Shown piece by piece: positions 1 to 13,986 of a stretch of DNA of 64,000 bases. Location: assembly GCA_951406725.2 (NCBI GenBank), contig OX597817.1:64604001-64668000 (forward strand). The letters run 5' to 3'. Position numbers and translations under genes: made by a program. Numbering within the stretch: position 1 is the first letter of the stretch; every line of letters begins with the position of its first letter. A model generated the notes under the pieces. It saw only the letters and a program-made list of their open reading frames with translations. It ran no database searches and was not told where the DNA came from. Origin of the DNA: Octopus vulgaris (taxonomy: Eukaryota).

Positions 1-61
1 AAATGGTAAAACATTGCACAAAATGTAAAGATTTTGAAATAAATTCATGTATAACATTAAG

Positions 62-222
62 TGATAAAGTATACCTAGGATAAAAAGCATTCCAGTCATA
101 ATCTTCTAGTTTTTTCTATGTGTATAGGACTCAGGATCACATTAACTAACATGGTTTGAGAGAGAATTGGTTGCTGCTTCTAGCAGAGCAAACAATCACT
201 GAGGGATTCCCTTGTTGGTTTG
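62..222 (-). mobile_element. Old short interspersed repeat (family also at 1521-2375, 14560-14752, 56445-56640)
   Basis: Reverse complement shares blocks such as CCAACAAGGGAATC, GCTAGAA..AGCA.CCAA and CTGGAATGC with the other copies. Confidence 0.5.
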
Positions 223-737
223 TACAAAACAATTATAAACTATTGAGGTGGTAGAGATAAATCTTTAATTCTCAATAGAATATCTTAGTAATTATATGAA
301 ATGAATTACTAATTTTATCGAAAATTACAGAAAATAAACTTGTGATTGAAATCATATATTGACATGAATATTAAATCAATGTAAAGACCAAAAATCAAAT
401 ATTGTAAACATCATTAATCCATTGTTATTTTAATAACTACAACATTACCATGTTTCCTAGCAAGACTCTAAATTAAAAAAAAAAAAAAGAAAGAACTAAA
501 AACCAAAAAGAAAACCTATATTCTCAGTCCAAATTTACAAAACCACCAACAATAATTAAGGATAGAGTTCCTGAATAACTCATGGCAGAAAATGGTAGCT
601 TTTTTTTTCTTTCTTTTCTATCTTAGTATTTCTGTGCCTTATACAACATATATTACGTTCTTTTTTCTAACAATTCTCATGAAGTAGGTACATCTGCTCT
701 GAATCTTTGCCCAATTAAGGCAACAAATAGTGTTTGA

Positions 738-957
738 CCCTTTAGCATTCAGATTACACTGTCAAATGTAATGCTTTTTTATTCACACTTTTTAAAATTA
801 ATCGTGTATTATCTTGTGGCTTTGAGATTTTGAAGATGTGGTTCTTTATTTTTAGAATGACATTGCAGGGTAGGAGTGAGAGGTTGGATATGGCCAGTTT
901 GAACATAATACAAGTAGATTATTTGGACCAGATATGGTAAGTTTAAGTGCTAAAGGG
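738..957 (+). mobile_element. piggyBac-type MITE (~220 bp)
   Basis: Termini CCCTTTAGCA...TGCTAAAGGG, flanked by TTGA (734-737) and TTAA (958-961); inverted second copy at 2022-2249. Confidence 0.75.
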
Positions 958-1573
958 TTAAGATTTTAAATCATCTTTTACAAACTACACGCAAATCCAT
1001 TTTCTTAGAGCAAATAGACAACAACATATCAAACTAAAAAGCACATCAGCAAATAGACTTCACTCTATTTGCATATAAGTCCCAGACCAGTGATTCATTT
1101 CATTTCAAAGTGATCCAAGTACATGGTATGAATTAGTATGGATAAACCACAAAAATGGTAAAATATTGGTATCTACCATTCTCGCTCACTCAACACCAAT
1201 TGTCTAGCCTGGTCTGGAACATTCAGTGTTCTTTAATAGTCAGAAATATGTATGGAGCTCTCCCTGGATGCTATCCCACAGCAAATGGCATTTAAACAAA
1301 GCACATACACCATGTATGTGCAATTGATAATATTTATATTACTAGAGCTGCTTTTAATTCATAATTTAATTATCAAACCAAATTGCAGTGTTTACCTTTT
1401 AATAACAATAAAAATATTTAGTTTTAGAACTGTAAACCAAGAGATACCTTACAGAAAGTCTTTACTTCGAATCATTATAAGAGAAACTCAAAGATTATCT
1501 TAAAATTTTACCTACTCATGACAACTAATCCAACAAGGGAATCTTAGTATAGTCGCTCAACTTGCTATAAAAA

Positions 1574-1993
1574 GCATGGCTCTGTGGTAAGTAGCTTGCT
1601 TACTAACAACATGATTCTGGGTTCAGTCCCACAGCATGGCACCTTGGGCAAGTGTCTTCTTCTATAGCCTCAGGCTGATCAAAGCCTTGTGAGTGAATTT
1701 GGTAGACAGAAACTGAAAAAAAGCCCAGTGTATATGTGTGTGTGTCTGTGTGTGTGTGTGTGTCTGTGTGTGTGTGTATGTTTGTGTGTGCATGTGTTTG
1801 TCACCCCAACATCGCTTGACGACTGATGCTGTTGTGTTTACATCCCTGTAACTTAGCGGTTCGGGAAAAAGAGACTGATAGAATAAGTATTAAGGTTACA
1901 AAGAGTAAGTCCTGGGGTTGATTTGTTCAACTAATGGTGGTGCTCTGGCATGGCCGCAGTCAAATAACAGAAACAAATAAAAGAATAAAAGAA
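1574..1993 (+). mobile_element. tRNA-derived SINE (dominant family in window)
   Basis: A-box-like TGGCTCTGTGGTAAG, B-box-like GGTTCAGTCCC, CCTTGGGCAAGT block, internal (TG)n, AAAAGA-type tail; many copies in window. Confidence 0.85.
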
Positions 1994-2021
1994 TATCTCC
2001 TTCAAATCACATCTTACCTTC

Positions 2022-2249
2022 TTCATGCTTTAGAATTTAAACTGGCCATATCTAGCCCAAATATTCTACCTGTTTTATGTTCAAAGCAGCCAGATCTGAC
2101 CTCTCAAACCTACCCTACAATGTCATTGTAAAAATAAACAATCATATGGCTGAAATTTCAAAGCTCCAAGATAATGCATGATTAATTCAAAACAATATAA
2201 ATAAATAAGTATTACATTTGACAAAATAATCTGAATGCTAAAGGATTAA
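2022..2249 (-). mobile_element. piggyBac-type MITE, inverted copy
   Basis: Reverse-complement similarity to 738-957 over its full length; ends TGCTAAAGGA-TTAA. Confidence 0.7.
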
Positions 2250-2419
2250 ATAAGAAAGGAAACATTAGATAATGTAGTCCCATATACCCTTAAAAAGTAG
2301 ATTTGGTCTTAGTTGAAACACCATTGGTAATAAGTCCGTTAGATCAAGGTTAACTTGGTGCTAAACAACAACAAGCAAACCATGTAAGGGTTTGTAGAAT
2401 GGTGATTACAAGGCTTTCT

Positions 2420-3038
2420 TCTTTTATCTTTTTCTTGTTCTAGTCATTGGACTACAACAATGCTGCGGCACCACCTTGAAGGGCTTACAAATAGATCCCA
2501 GGACTTATTTTTTAAACTTGATACTTATTCTATCGGTTTCTTTTGTTGAACAGCTAAGTTACAGGAATGTAAACAAACCAACACCAGTTGTCAAGTAGCA
2601 GTGGGAGGACAAACATAGCACAAACACACAAAAAGTTTTTGCTAGTTTATTTTGTCTCTCTGTCTACACTCCTAATGCTATATGAACATTTAATGTGGCT
2701 TTAGGGTCAGGTTTTGACTGCTATTTCAGCGTGGTGGTATCTCTCAGATACCCTAATTTATAGTTTTAAAGGTTTTTATTCCCATGCTGGCCACTTGATA
2801 AGATCGATATTTAAATATCGATCTTATCCTTATTTATAAATTTACATACATACATATATATATATATATACATTCTGGCTTCCACACAGTTTCTGTCCAC
2901 GAAATCCACTTACAAGGCTTTGGTTAACTCAAAGCTATAGCAGAAGAGACTTTCTCAAGGTACCATGCAGTGGGACTGAAGCTAAGACAACATAGTTAGA
3001 AAGCAAGCTTCTTCATCACAACAGCCATGCCTGTGCCT
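2420..3038 (-). mobile_element. Decayed tRNA-SINE pieces (3' half 2420-2630, 5' half 2876-3038)
   Basis: Similarity to the 7521-7916 SINE. Confidence 0.65.
2797..2828. repeat. Perfect 32-bp palindrome
   Basis: GATAAGATCGATATTTAAATATCGATCTTATC equals its own reverse complement. Confidence 0.95.
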
Positions 3039-3057
3039 ATACAAAATTTAGTGATAT

Positions 3058-3109
3058 CCTTTAACATTGTCATTCGTCACTCCCCTTTAACATTGTCATT
3101 CGTCACTCC
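3058..3109 (+). repeat. 26-bp exact tandem duplication
   Basis: CCTTTAACATTGTCATTCGTCACTCC x2. Confidence 0.95.
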
Positions 3110-4315
3110 AGGAATCAATAAAATAACTATCAGTACAACGATCTTTTATTATAAATCAATTCATCCAATTTTTGACTGATTCTTTATTTTATCAATGCAT
3201 TATAGGAATATAAACCGACCCATTACTTGACTTCATTTCATCAACACCCAGAAAGATGAAAGTAAAGATTACCTCAGTAAGATTTGAACTCAAAATGTTA
3301 AAGGTCGAAACTAAATACTACAGGCATTTTCTTCAATGCTCTCTTAAATGGTTTGACTATACCCCTTCCCTCTATGAATTTGTACCTTTGTTCCAATGTT
3401 AAAAATCAATATATTTATGTAATGGAGATATTTCATTGAAAAATATTGTAATTAAGCTTAACTATATCTGGGAGATAATTGAATAAAAAAATTTTTTTTA
3501 ATAGAAAGATTCTGAAAAATGTCAGTAAATCTATTTTTTGGTTTACTTGATTAAAATTAAACGTGCTTTGTGGCTGATGTTAAATGTGAATGCATTTATT
3601 CTTTCGCTGATTTCAATCAAACATCTGACTATGATGGGACATCGCATTCAAAGGTTTAATCGATCAAGGATTGTGGTGATGATTATTTGTTGAACCAATG
3701 TACACGGACAGAACATACACAACGTCAGCCTTTAGACACGTAAATATGAACACTGACATCGATTTAGACACTCATTCACACTCACGGACGACGGACATTA
3801 GTCCAAAATGTCGCGTAACGGACTCGAACTTGGAACTATGTTGTTACCTATGTATCTTTTGCCTGTGTGTGTGTGCACGTGTATATTATTGGATGAGTTG
3901 TTATATTGATTTTATTTGGGTTATTTTCTTGACTGGACAACTTAAGGACAAGTGGACTTTAAGTTAGTGAGTAATAACAAAAACATGGAAAACTTGGATC
4001 CACAGAGCCGCTACATAATTAAGGTTATGCAGTAGTTTTAAGAAGATAAACGAATCACCTCAACTGTGCACTAAAGGCCGTTCTTGGCAGATAGCTTTTC
4101 AGGTGATTTGATATTCATTTACAATACCTGATAAACTGAAGGACGTGGAATAAATGTTTTGAGCAGTCACAGAAAAACATTAACAATAAATTTGAACATG
4201 CAGACTGAGTTGATAAACTATCAAATCGACCATTTGACTTTTTCCAGTTATATAATACCTACATATAAAATTAATTTGTCGGAGAGGAATTAACACACTC
4301 ATATTTATGATTAAA

Positions 4316-4676
4316 CTAGCAGTATCGCCCGGCGTTGCTCGGGTTTGTAAGGGAAATAACTATATAAGCATTTTTAGAGAGTTATAGCCAAAAAAATAGC
4401 AAAAAAATGATGGTAAATTTTTTTTAAATCGTGACTCATCGTAGACATTTTTAGAGAGTTACTTCCCTTATATAATAGCCAAAAAATGCATTAAAATGGA
4501 AAAAAATTATGGTAAATTTTTTTTTTAATCGTAGACGCGCGCTAATACCCAGAAGGGCTCGATATGAATCACGACTATAAGATACCCGGTTTTGGTTAAA
4601 CTGCACCGCAAAATGTGGGAGTAAGGAATCTAAATCGTAGGAGACAGACACACAACTTCACTTTTATATATAAAGA
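4316..4676 (-). mobile_element. Non-autonomous Helitron-type element
   Basis: Minus strand reads A|TC...CCCGAGCAACGCCGGG (hairpin)-CGATACTG-CTAG|T: canonical TC start, subterminal hairpin, CTAG end, A/T insertion site; CpG-rich, so probably young. Confidence 0.8.
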
Positions 4677-4990
4677 TTATTACCGTTTCTTTTAAGCTAA
4701 GTCGACTGAACTATTAAAGGTTTAAGTGTCTTTGCCAATGACAAAGCGCAGTCCTGGTTACATGATTTGAACTTTCAGCCCTTTTAGTCTGTTGAGACCA
4801 GCATTTTGAATGACTCAACTTAGGGAAAGTATTTGATACGTAGCTGAAGTGAAATGTTCACAAATTGGTGGGAAAACCATTTTAAATGTTGAATCTGTGT
4901 GCGAAAAAGTGAGGATAGTGTGAGTAGGAAAAAGAGCAAGATAATAACGGGTGTGAGTGAGAAAGATGGCGGGGGCATATGTGTATGTGA

Positions 4991-4996
<6 letters not shown>

Positions 4997-5044
<48 letters not shown>

Positions 5045-5056
5045 TAGACAGACAGA
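4997..5056. repeat. (GA)n microsatellite
   Basis: Direct observation. Confidence 0.95.
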
Positions 5057-5883
5057 CTATGTAATATTACTTCTGTACGTGTAAACAAGAAAGAAGCCAA
5101 CGTAAAGAGAGAAATAGAAAAAACGTAGCGTGGTTCAGTTGTCAAGGAGCTACGTTCAATGATTTCCCACCTTCCTCTCATTAATTCTCACTCCTCCTCT
5201 GCAATTTCATTTTATAGGATGTTCTATAACTGTCTAGGTTTCTCACTAATACACGACACACCCATACTCAATTGCTATTGCTGCCATCATAATTTATTTT
5301 CATAGCTACAGCATATAACGGAAAAGTGAGAACCGGTAACAAAGGTTTCAATCCCTGATTTAGAAGGGCTTCACTACTTGCGTCAATGCCTCTGACAAGA
5401 AAACGAAGGCCTTTAAAAACAATAAACAGTTACAAATACACCCAGTGTATGTAAATACATCTATATGACTATGTGAATATACATTTCACAGTTGTACTTG
5501 TTTGACTTGATCTTAGGTTGGCTGTTGAATCTATAACAATTATATCGTAGGAGAGACATCCTAGTCATTTAAAACCATATAATGTCATAGCGACTTTTGA
5601 TTTTATGTATGTTATGTCAAAGTATTTAGTTGTACATCCCTGACCGAGTCACGGACTATGTTACTGCATCACAGCAACAACAATGTTATGAAATAGTATA
5701 TAATCCTAGTATTTTCCATTATGCTTTTTCATGGGGTTTGCATTTAGAGAGATAGTATCTGTGTCAGTATATGTGAAAGAACGATAGTGTGTGTGTCCTA
5801 TCATTAAAGATGGATAGCTTATGTGTCAGCAGTGTACTCCAATAGAAATGTCACTTCACTTGTTAGTTGACAAGGATTTTGAC

Positions 5884-6130
5884 CAGTGATTCCCAACATA
5901 GGGCATACGCCCCACCGGTGGGGCTGGGAAAATTGTGGTGGAGCGTGGCGCCATAGACGTCAGGCACAAGGTTCTCATAAAACGATTCACGTTTTTTCTT
6001 AGTCAATAATGTGCTTTCATTTGTGTATTCAGTACTTAATAAAAGAGTTACCGGTAGATTCTTTTGTATTAAATAATTGTGATAAAATATTGAATTTAAA
6101 TTTTTTTTCCAACTGCTGGTGGGGCAACAC
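5884..6130 (+). mobile_element. hAT/Charlie-like terminal fragment
   Basis: CAGTGATTCCCAAC terminus followed by the GC-rich palindrome GCCCCACCGGTGGGGC; other end not seen. Confidence 0.45.
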
Positions 6131-7520
6131 TGATTTAAACTCTATTATTGCATGCTAGCCCATTTTGTGTTTGGTCTACTTCAGCAGAACTGAACCCAGT
6201 ACTTGACAAGTACTTCACTTTAACGACCATGGAAGGTTAAAATACAAAGTTGATCTTAACAGGATATCATCTCAGTGGGACAATACATATTATCACAGAA
6301 TAAATCAAAAATAGATAAAGCATACTTGTATTCTTAAGAAGTCAATTTCATGATCATGGGATTCTGAGTTTGCAGAGATTTGAACCCCAACTGTGAAATT
6401 ATCAGTTTGCACTCATGAGTGTTCCACTGCAGTTTTCATGTGATTGATCTAAAAATCAACCAATCAGCTTGAAGCTGTAGCATGAAAGGCTTCTTGTATA
6501 TTCTAGAAATTTATGCTCTTTTACCTTAGTTAAACAGTTTGGCACCTAAACCACAGAAGACCACAATTAACCTTCAAGCAAGACAGATCATGGCAGACCA
6601 CAGCTAGCTTTCAAACAAGACGCATCGCAGTTCTCTTCTCCAAGATTCAACAAGGTGTGGCAGTATTTGTATCTGCATTTTTTTTTCCAGAGAGCTAATG
6701 TTTAAGCCAATGCAGCAAATCTATCTCTACTTACTATTCTGATAACCAGAGAATACATGGTAATTTGTGTGTGTGTGTGATATGCAGTAAATATATGAAA
6801 TATGGTTGTATGTTTGTGAGTTTGCTTATTTCATGTCACATTCAACTAGTCTGATCTTACAATTTAAAGATCCAGCATTATTCTTTCTAATGACCAACCA
6901 CATGACAATGGTCTTCAGCAAACACACAAATACACAAGCTCACAACAGGTTCAATCCCACTGTGCAACATCTTGTACAAATATCATCTGTAATAACCTTG
7001 AGTTGACCAATTCTTTGTGAACAAAACTCTCTCTACAGAAGAAGTTTGGCTGTCGAAAAATCTGCTTCAGCAAGATTCATCTAACTGATGCAAGCATGAA
7101 AATGTGGATGTTAAAATGATGATAATCACACACATACACACATGATGAGCTGCTTTCAGTTTCCATCTACCAAATCCACTCACAGGGCATAGGTCAATAT
7201 CAAGATTTAGCAGAAGACACTTGCTCAAGGTTTCACACAGTGGGACTGAACCCAAAACCATGTGCTTGAGAAGCAAACTACTTCTTAACCATGCTAGCAT
7301 GCCTATGTCCATATACAGGGTAGCACAAAATTCAAGCTACCTTTTAATATATTTGAATGTATTAAATAGTAAAGCGAATTTGGGGCCATCCTGTATATAC
7401 ATACATACACACACATACACACACACACACACACACATATATATTTGTCTATATGTATGTGTGTGTGTATATACATGTATATATATATATGTATGCACAT
7501 ACACATAGACAAATATATTA

Positions 7521-7916
7521 CTCTTTTACTCTTTTACTTGTTTCAGTCATTTGACTGTGGCCATGCTGGAGCACCGCCTTTAATTGAGCAACTCGACCCC
7601 AGGGACTTATTCTTTGTAAGCCCAGTACTTATTCTATCGGTCTCTTTTGCCGAACCGCTAAGTGACGGGGACATAAACACACCAGCATCGGTTGTCAAGC
7701 AATGCTAGTGGGACAAACACAAACATACACGCACACAGACATATACATATATACGACGGGCTTCTTTCAGTTTCCGTCTACCAAATCCACTCACAAGGCT
7801 TTGGTCGGCCCGAGGCTATAGTAGAAGACACTTGCCCAAGGTGCCACGCAGTGGGACTGAACCAGGAACCATGTGGTTGGTAAACAAGCTACTTACCACA
7901 CAGCCACTCCTGCGCC
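7521..7916 (-). mobile_element. Young full-length tRNA-derived SINE
   Basis: Head GGCGCAGGAGTGGCTGTGTGGTAAG...GGTTCAGTCCC, CpGs retained, near-identical to 44987-45376. Confidence 0.9.
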
Positions 7917-7949
7917 TATGTATATACATATATATATATATATATATAT

Positions 7950-8140
7950 CATCATCATCATCATCGTTTAACGTCCGTTTTCTATGCTAGCATGGGTTGG
8001 ACAGTTTGATCAGGGTCTGGAAAGCCAGGAGGCTGCACCAGGCTCCAGTCTGATCTGGCAGTGTTTCTACAGCTGGATGCCCTTCCTAACGCCAACCACT
8101 CCATGAGTGTAGTGGGTGCTTTTTATGTGCCACTGGCACA
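7950..8140 (-). mobile_element. Short retroposon with RTE-type 3' end and (GAT)n tail
   Basis: Same 3' end (CCAACCCATGC.AGCATGGAAA..GGACGTTAAA.GATGATGAT) as the RTE LINE at 34840-36090; copies at 10640-10790, 32180-32350, 45430-45870. Confidence 0.8.
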
Positions 8141-9587
8141 TATATATATATATATATATTTGTCTATGTGTATGTGTGTGTGTGCATATACATGTATATA
8201 TATGTATACACACACGTATATGTTTATATGTGTGTGTATAAGTTGTATGTTCGATTTATGTCTTGCCATTAAGCAATTTGACAAACAGAGGGCAATAACA
8301 TAAGTACCAGACTGAAATAGCAAATTGGGGAAATATCCCCGAATAAAATCATTGATCCCCCAGTGAAAGAATAAGAATCTACATGTGTTTTGAATAGCTA
8401 TCATCATTCTTCTTTGGTGTAGATGATATACTGCCAGAATTGTAGTATTGAGTTACAGCATTTTACATTCTGAGTTCAAATCACGTCAAGGTCAACTTTG
8501 ATTTACACATCATCCTTCTGGGATCAATAAGACAAAATGAATTTGATATTCCTATAAAGAATCATCTCCATCCTTGTTCAATACTTACAGCATTCACCCC
8601 TACCTCAATCTTTAATCATCTGTTACTCTCCCTCACACTCTTATGAAAGTATCCATTCACTCCTTCACCAATCCAACACCATCCTCTGATCCACTATCTG
8701 CATCTTGTCTTATGCTCACCTTCTTCTACCTTCAGGGTTTGTCTGAGCACCCCATCACTACTATCTTTACCTTATTCCCAGCTACTCACACCCACCTTTA
8801 TGTAATGTGGGGTATCTATGTATCTTCTCTATAACAAGACACTTGTGCTGCATGTCCATGTATTATATTTTAGTCTCCCAACATCTAGCATAAAGTGACC
8901 TCCCTTTCTCAAGTTCTCTTAGCCCCACTTAGTCCAGAGGGCATTTTCTTGTTCTTTTCCTGTCTTGTAAGTTACTTTGTAACCTCACTAGTGCTGATGG
9001 CATAAAAAAAAAAAAATCATCCACTACACACTGTAAAGTGGTTGGTGTTAGTAAGGGCATCCAGCCATAAAAGCCATGCTAGAGCTGACATTGGAATTCA
9101 AAGCAACCCTGTACTTCACCAGATCCTGTCAAACTAGCCAACCCATGCCAGCAGGGAAAATAGACATTACATGATGATGTGGATGATGCTGATGGGAATG
9201 GAATTATAATAGAAAATAAAGACTGTGCACATTGTATATAGTGTGCACATGTTTATACAGTGAAGCATAGTGATAGCACAGTTTTTTTTTTATATACATA
9301 TCTACCCAAATATTTTCCATTACCCATCAATAACGCTCACAGCACCACCAGGATCATTACACACCAACACCATAATCACTGCTACAACTATATCTGGGAA
9401 ATGTCTGTGAGGTAGAGGTGATGGACTGCTAATTAAACAATCATAAGTTCATAGAGCCAGAGTGAGGCAGTAATAGGTCTGCTACAAAAAAGACAGGCTT
9501 CAAGCCTTCTTCACAGTTGAATGGATAAGAAGAGCATCCAGCTGTACAAAAACTATAATTGCTCTGACAAAATATATCAAACCCATG

Positions 9588-9647
<60 letters not shown>

Positions 9648-10311
9648 GTGTGTGTGTGTGTATTTATATATTAGCATGTATATGTGTGTGTATATATATA
9701 TACACACACACACATATATGTATGTATATATCTGTATGAATTAGAGGTTAAGAAACCATCTAAGGGATATTAAATATCCAATATACTAAAGGATGTGTAC
9801 CTACATATTTTTAACCAAGTGCTTTCTATTGCATGTCAATATTGCAATTGAATACTCGGTATGGGTGGGGGTAAATTGGAAATTTACCCAGGATATATAA
9901 GAAGAAACGGCTGTAAGGGATTTGTATCTGTACACTCATCTATTATTATTCATTCATTTATATATATATATATCTGTTCACGTATTTATTGGCTGATTTC
10001 ATTCGTTTACTTGTACCACTTAAACACATGTTTGTTATCATTTAATAAATAGATATAATGGAGTATTTACTGGTTGATGTTTGGTGATTTGTGTCAGATT
10101 TTTCCATTGCCAGATCAGATTGGAAAATTAACAAAAATTAATCTGAAAATACATAATTTAAAACCAAAATTAAAAATTCCGCAAGAACTTTCTTGACAAC
10201 CTAATATATACATATAGTTGTGTGTGTGTATAGGCCATATATATATATATATATATGTATACATACATACATACATAAATATATATATATATTTATATGT
10301 ACATGTAAATA

Positions 10312-10640
10312 CAGAGTGTAGTGAATAAATTGTCATATATATTACTCAAAAATGAAAATACCAACATCTCATTTTAACAGATATATTAACCAAAATTACA
10401 TAAGAATGTCTTGAAATACTAAAGAGTAAATTTATTCAATGAATTCGCCATTGGCTTCAACAACGGCCTCAGGATGACTTTGGAATCTTCTTGTTGGTCT
10501 TCTTTAAATTGGTGAATGCTGCCATAATCCTTGGAATCTTCTTGATGGTCTTCATTTAAATTGGTGAATGCTGCCATAATCCTTGCCTTCAGTTCATCAT
10601 TGTAAGTCTCTTGCTCAACTACACCCCACACAGAATAAGC
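10312..10640 (-). mobile_element. Truncated DD37D (maT-like) transposon end
   Basis: TA-CAGAGTGTAGTGAATAAA terminus; encodes DELKARIMAAFTNLN as in 43944-44824; internal 51-bp tandem duplication. Confidence 0.8.
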
Positions 10641-10794
10641 AAGGGCATCCATCTGTAGAAACATTGCCAGATCAGATAGGAACCTGGCACAGCCGCTGGG
10701 TCTCCAGATCTCAGTCAGACCGTCCAACCCATGCCAGCATGGAAAACAGATGTTAAACGTTGATTATGATGATGATGATGATGTTGACGATGAT

Positions 10795-11185
10795 GTGAAA
10801 AGTTGAACCTAAGAAGTATAAGATGTGGTGTGCAAGAGAGACGACTATGCTTGTATGGGGATGTGGCAAGAATGGATGAGGATAGCTGTGTGAAAAAGTG
10901 CCACACGCTAGCGGTTGAGGGAACCTGTGGAAGATGTAGACCCAGGAAGACCTGGGATGAGGTGGTGAAGCACGACCTTTGAACATTAGGCCACATCGAG
11001 GCAATGACTAGTGACCGAGACCTTTGGAAATTTGCAGTGCATGAGAAGACCCAGCAAGCCAAGTGAGATCATAACCTGTGGCCTGTGCCAGGGGTGTAAC
11101 CAGCCCACTTATGTGTACCTTTCCTTCATCGGACACTAAAATATGCTTGTGGAGACCTGTTGAGGCAAGTGAAATCGAAATCAAA
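10795..11185 (+). mobile_element. RTE-clade LINE 3' fragment
   Basis: Frame reads RMDEDSCVKKCHTLAVEGTCGRCRPRKTWDEVVKHDL (RTE C-terminal GRP..TW motif); homologous to 35330-35710. Confidence 0.8.
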
Positions 11186-11199
11186 TCAAATTTGCCTAT

Positions 11200-12210
11200 A
11201 TGGGGACTGAACAATAAACATAAGTCAGTATCAACTGTGGTTCCAGAAATTCTAAGCTGGAAACTACAGCCTAGAAGATGAACCTTGTCCTGAAAGATCT
11301 GTAGAGCTCAACAAGGACGTCCTACAAATCCTGGTGGAACAAAATCCCATTGTTACTGTTGAGGAGCTAGCAAAGAAGCTTGAATTTGGTCATTCAACCA
11401 TTCAGCGACACTTGTATACCATCAGAAAAGTCAGCAAATTGGCTCAATGGGTTCCTCACAAACTATCTGAGTCTAATAGCATGCAAAAAGTGAATGTGTG
11501 CTCTTCTTTGCTGTCAAATCTTGCAGATGTACATTTTTGGTACAAAATACTGACTGGTGACGAGAAATGGGTTCTCTATAAAAATGTTAAGTGCCAAAGA
11601 CAGTGGATAGGGAAAGGAGAAACACTGGCACCCCACACTAGAAGAGGTCTTCACTCACGTGAGGTGTTGTTATCTGATTGGTGGGATATGAAAGGTTTAG
11701 TCCACTTTGAACTTTTAAACCCAAATCAAACAATAAAATAGATCTACTCTGAGCAGCCTGAGCAACTTAAGTCAGCACTACAAAAAAAAAAAAACAGCCA
11801 TCTTTGGTTTCAAGACGAAAGGCATTCTTCCTTCTGGATAATGCTTGGTCACATACAGTGAGGATGGCATTCCAAAGGCTGGAGCAGTTTGAATGGAAAA
11901 CGATGCCCCACCCACCATATTCGCCAGACATTGCCCCATCTAATTATCATTTATTCCACAATTTTCAAAATCATTTGGATGGAAAAATTATGAATTCTGT
12001 ACACGAGGTCAGAACAGTACTGGAGGAGAAAATTCACAGAATTTCATAGAATTTTGAAAAAAGGAGCTTTGCAAGTCTATCAGATAGATGAAAGGGCATT
12101 CTAGAAAATAAAGGAGAGTATATATTTTAGATTAAAAAAGAACTTTCTTTATCTTAATGTTAAAAAAAAAAGAAGAATAAAAAAAATGCATTATTCATGG
12201 GATGACCCAA
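11200..12210 (+). pseudogene. Decayed mariner (DD34D-type) transposase and right TIR
   Basis: WVPHKL, TGDEKW, LDNA, HPPYSPDIAPSNYHLF motifs in ORFs 11334-11741 and 11804-12049; stops/frameshifts; ends ...GGGATGACCCAA-TA. Confidence 0.92.
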
Positions 12211-12642
12211 TATATGACATGTGTGTGTGTGTAAGTATATATATATACACACATAAGTGTGTGTGTGCATGTATTTATATATATATATATATATACATAC
12301 ATTAAACCACAGTTTACCATTTAAATTACCAACTACTGTTAACCTTATACCAAGGCCTATACATAGTTAGGTAATACATCACTAGTGCCTATGGATACAT
12401 TTATCCCTTAGATGGTTGCATAACCTCTAACTCATAATTTTTATATACATACACATATATATATATATATAGTACATTCATACATACACACATAACACAT
12501 CTATATTTAAATATAAATCTACATATGTGTGTGTGTGTGTGTGTGTTTACTGAAACTTCAGATTTTTATATGCTAGACCACTGGTGTGAAATTGATGTTA
12601 ATTAAATTAATATCAAATTTCTCACCCTCATTTTAAATTTAA

Positions 12643-12719
<77 letters not shown>

Positions 12720-13130
12720 ACACACACACATTTATATATATGTGTGTGTGTATAAAAGTGCATAAATATACATATTAAATTTAGCTTATATACATACATA
12801 TTTATGTGTGTTTATATATATATAAAACTAAATTGAATAAAACAATAACAGGATCCACTCCTAGTTTTTATTTGAGTTTGCTTCAACAAATAGACAATCC
12901 CACTAATGCAAGCTTGGAAGAATGGATGCTAAACAACAAGTATATTTGAGAGTGCATATGTGTGTGTGTGTGGGTAGGTGTGCATCTAGATGCTTGCATG
13001 TAGGCATTTGTACACAATCACACATTGACAGATATACATACATTGTGACCTCGTCTGTGTTTTTCCCCCGTCTTATTAGATTTGACTTGTTCTTTATGCT
13101 AAAATTATCTCTCCCTTTCTCTCCCTCTCC

Positions 13131-13222
<92 letters not shown>

Positions 13223-13986
13223 TCATTCATAGAACATCCATTCTTTTTCTATGCTGGAAAGGATTGGATGAAGAGTTATTGGAAGCAGGATTTTACGGTT
13301 GGATGCTCTCCTTGTCACCAACCCTTGCCTGTTTGTAAGCAAGGGTATATATCATCATCATCATCATTTTAATGTCCAAATTTCTATGCTTACATGCATC
13401 AGATAAAGCTTATTGAGGCAGATTTTGTATATTCAGATGTCCTTCCCACTGTCAACCCTCAACTGTTTCCAAATAAGATAATATTTCTCTAAGGCCATAT
13501 TCTCATAGAATATTAGAAAATAATGACCCCGCATGTAGGACAGTGACTATCATTTACATTTATCATTCAATGTCAAAACAAGACACAAAAGCACACATGC
13601 ACATATGTGCATGTGCACACACACACACACACATACGGCAGGATTCTTTCTGTTTCTGTCTACCAAATCCAATCAAAAGGTTTTGGTTAGACCAGGGCTA
13701 TAGAAGATACTTGCTCAAGGTGACACGCAGTGTGACTGAACATGGAACCTTGGAAAGCAGACTTCTTACAATACAGTCATGCTTGAGCCTCATATGAAGG
13801 GGTGCTGATAAGTTCCTGGTTTTAAGGGTGTAGCAAAAGGCCTGGTTAGAGGTCCAACCTTCCGAGTACTTTTACAGGGCTTATATCTATATATATCTTA
13901 TATCTATATATCACTATGTGACCACGTGTGTATCATTGGCGATTTTTTTACCTCCGTCTTCCCTTCCTTGGATCTTTCCTTTCCTA

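Noticed and set aside
5122-5156. 8-bp inverted repeat AACGTAGC/GCTACGTT around an X-box-like GTTGTCAAGG
   Set aside because: The stem is short and the second half-site does not match the RFX consensus
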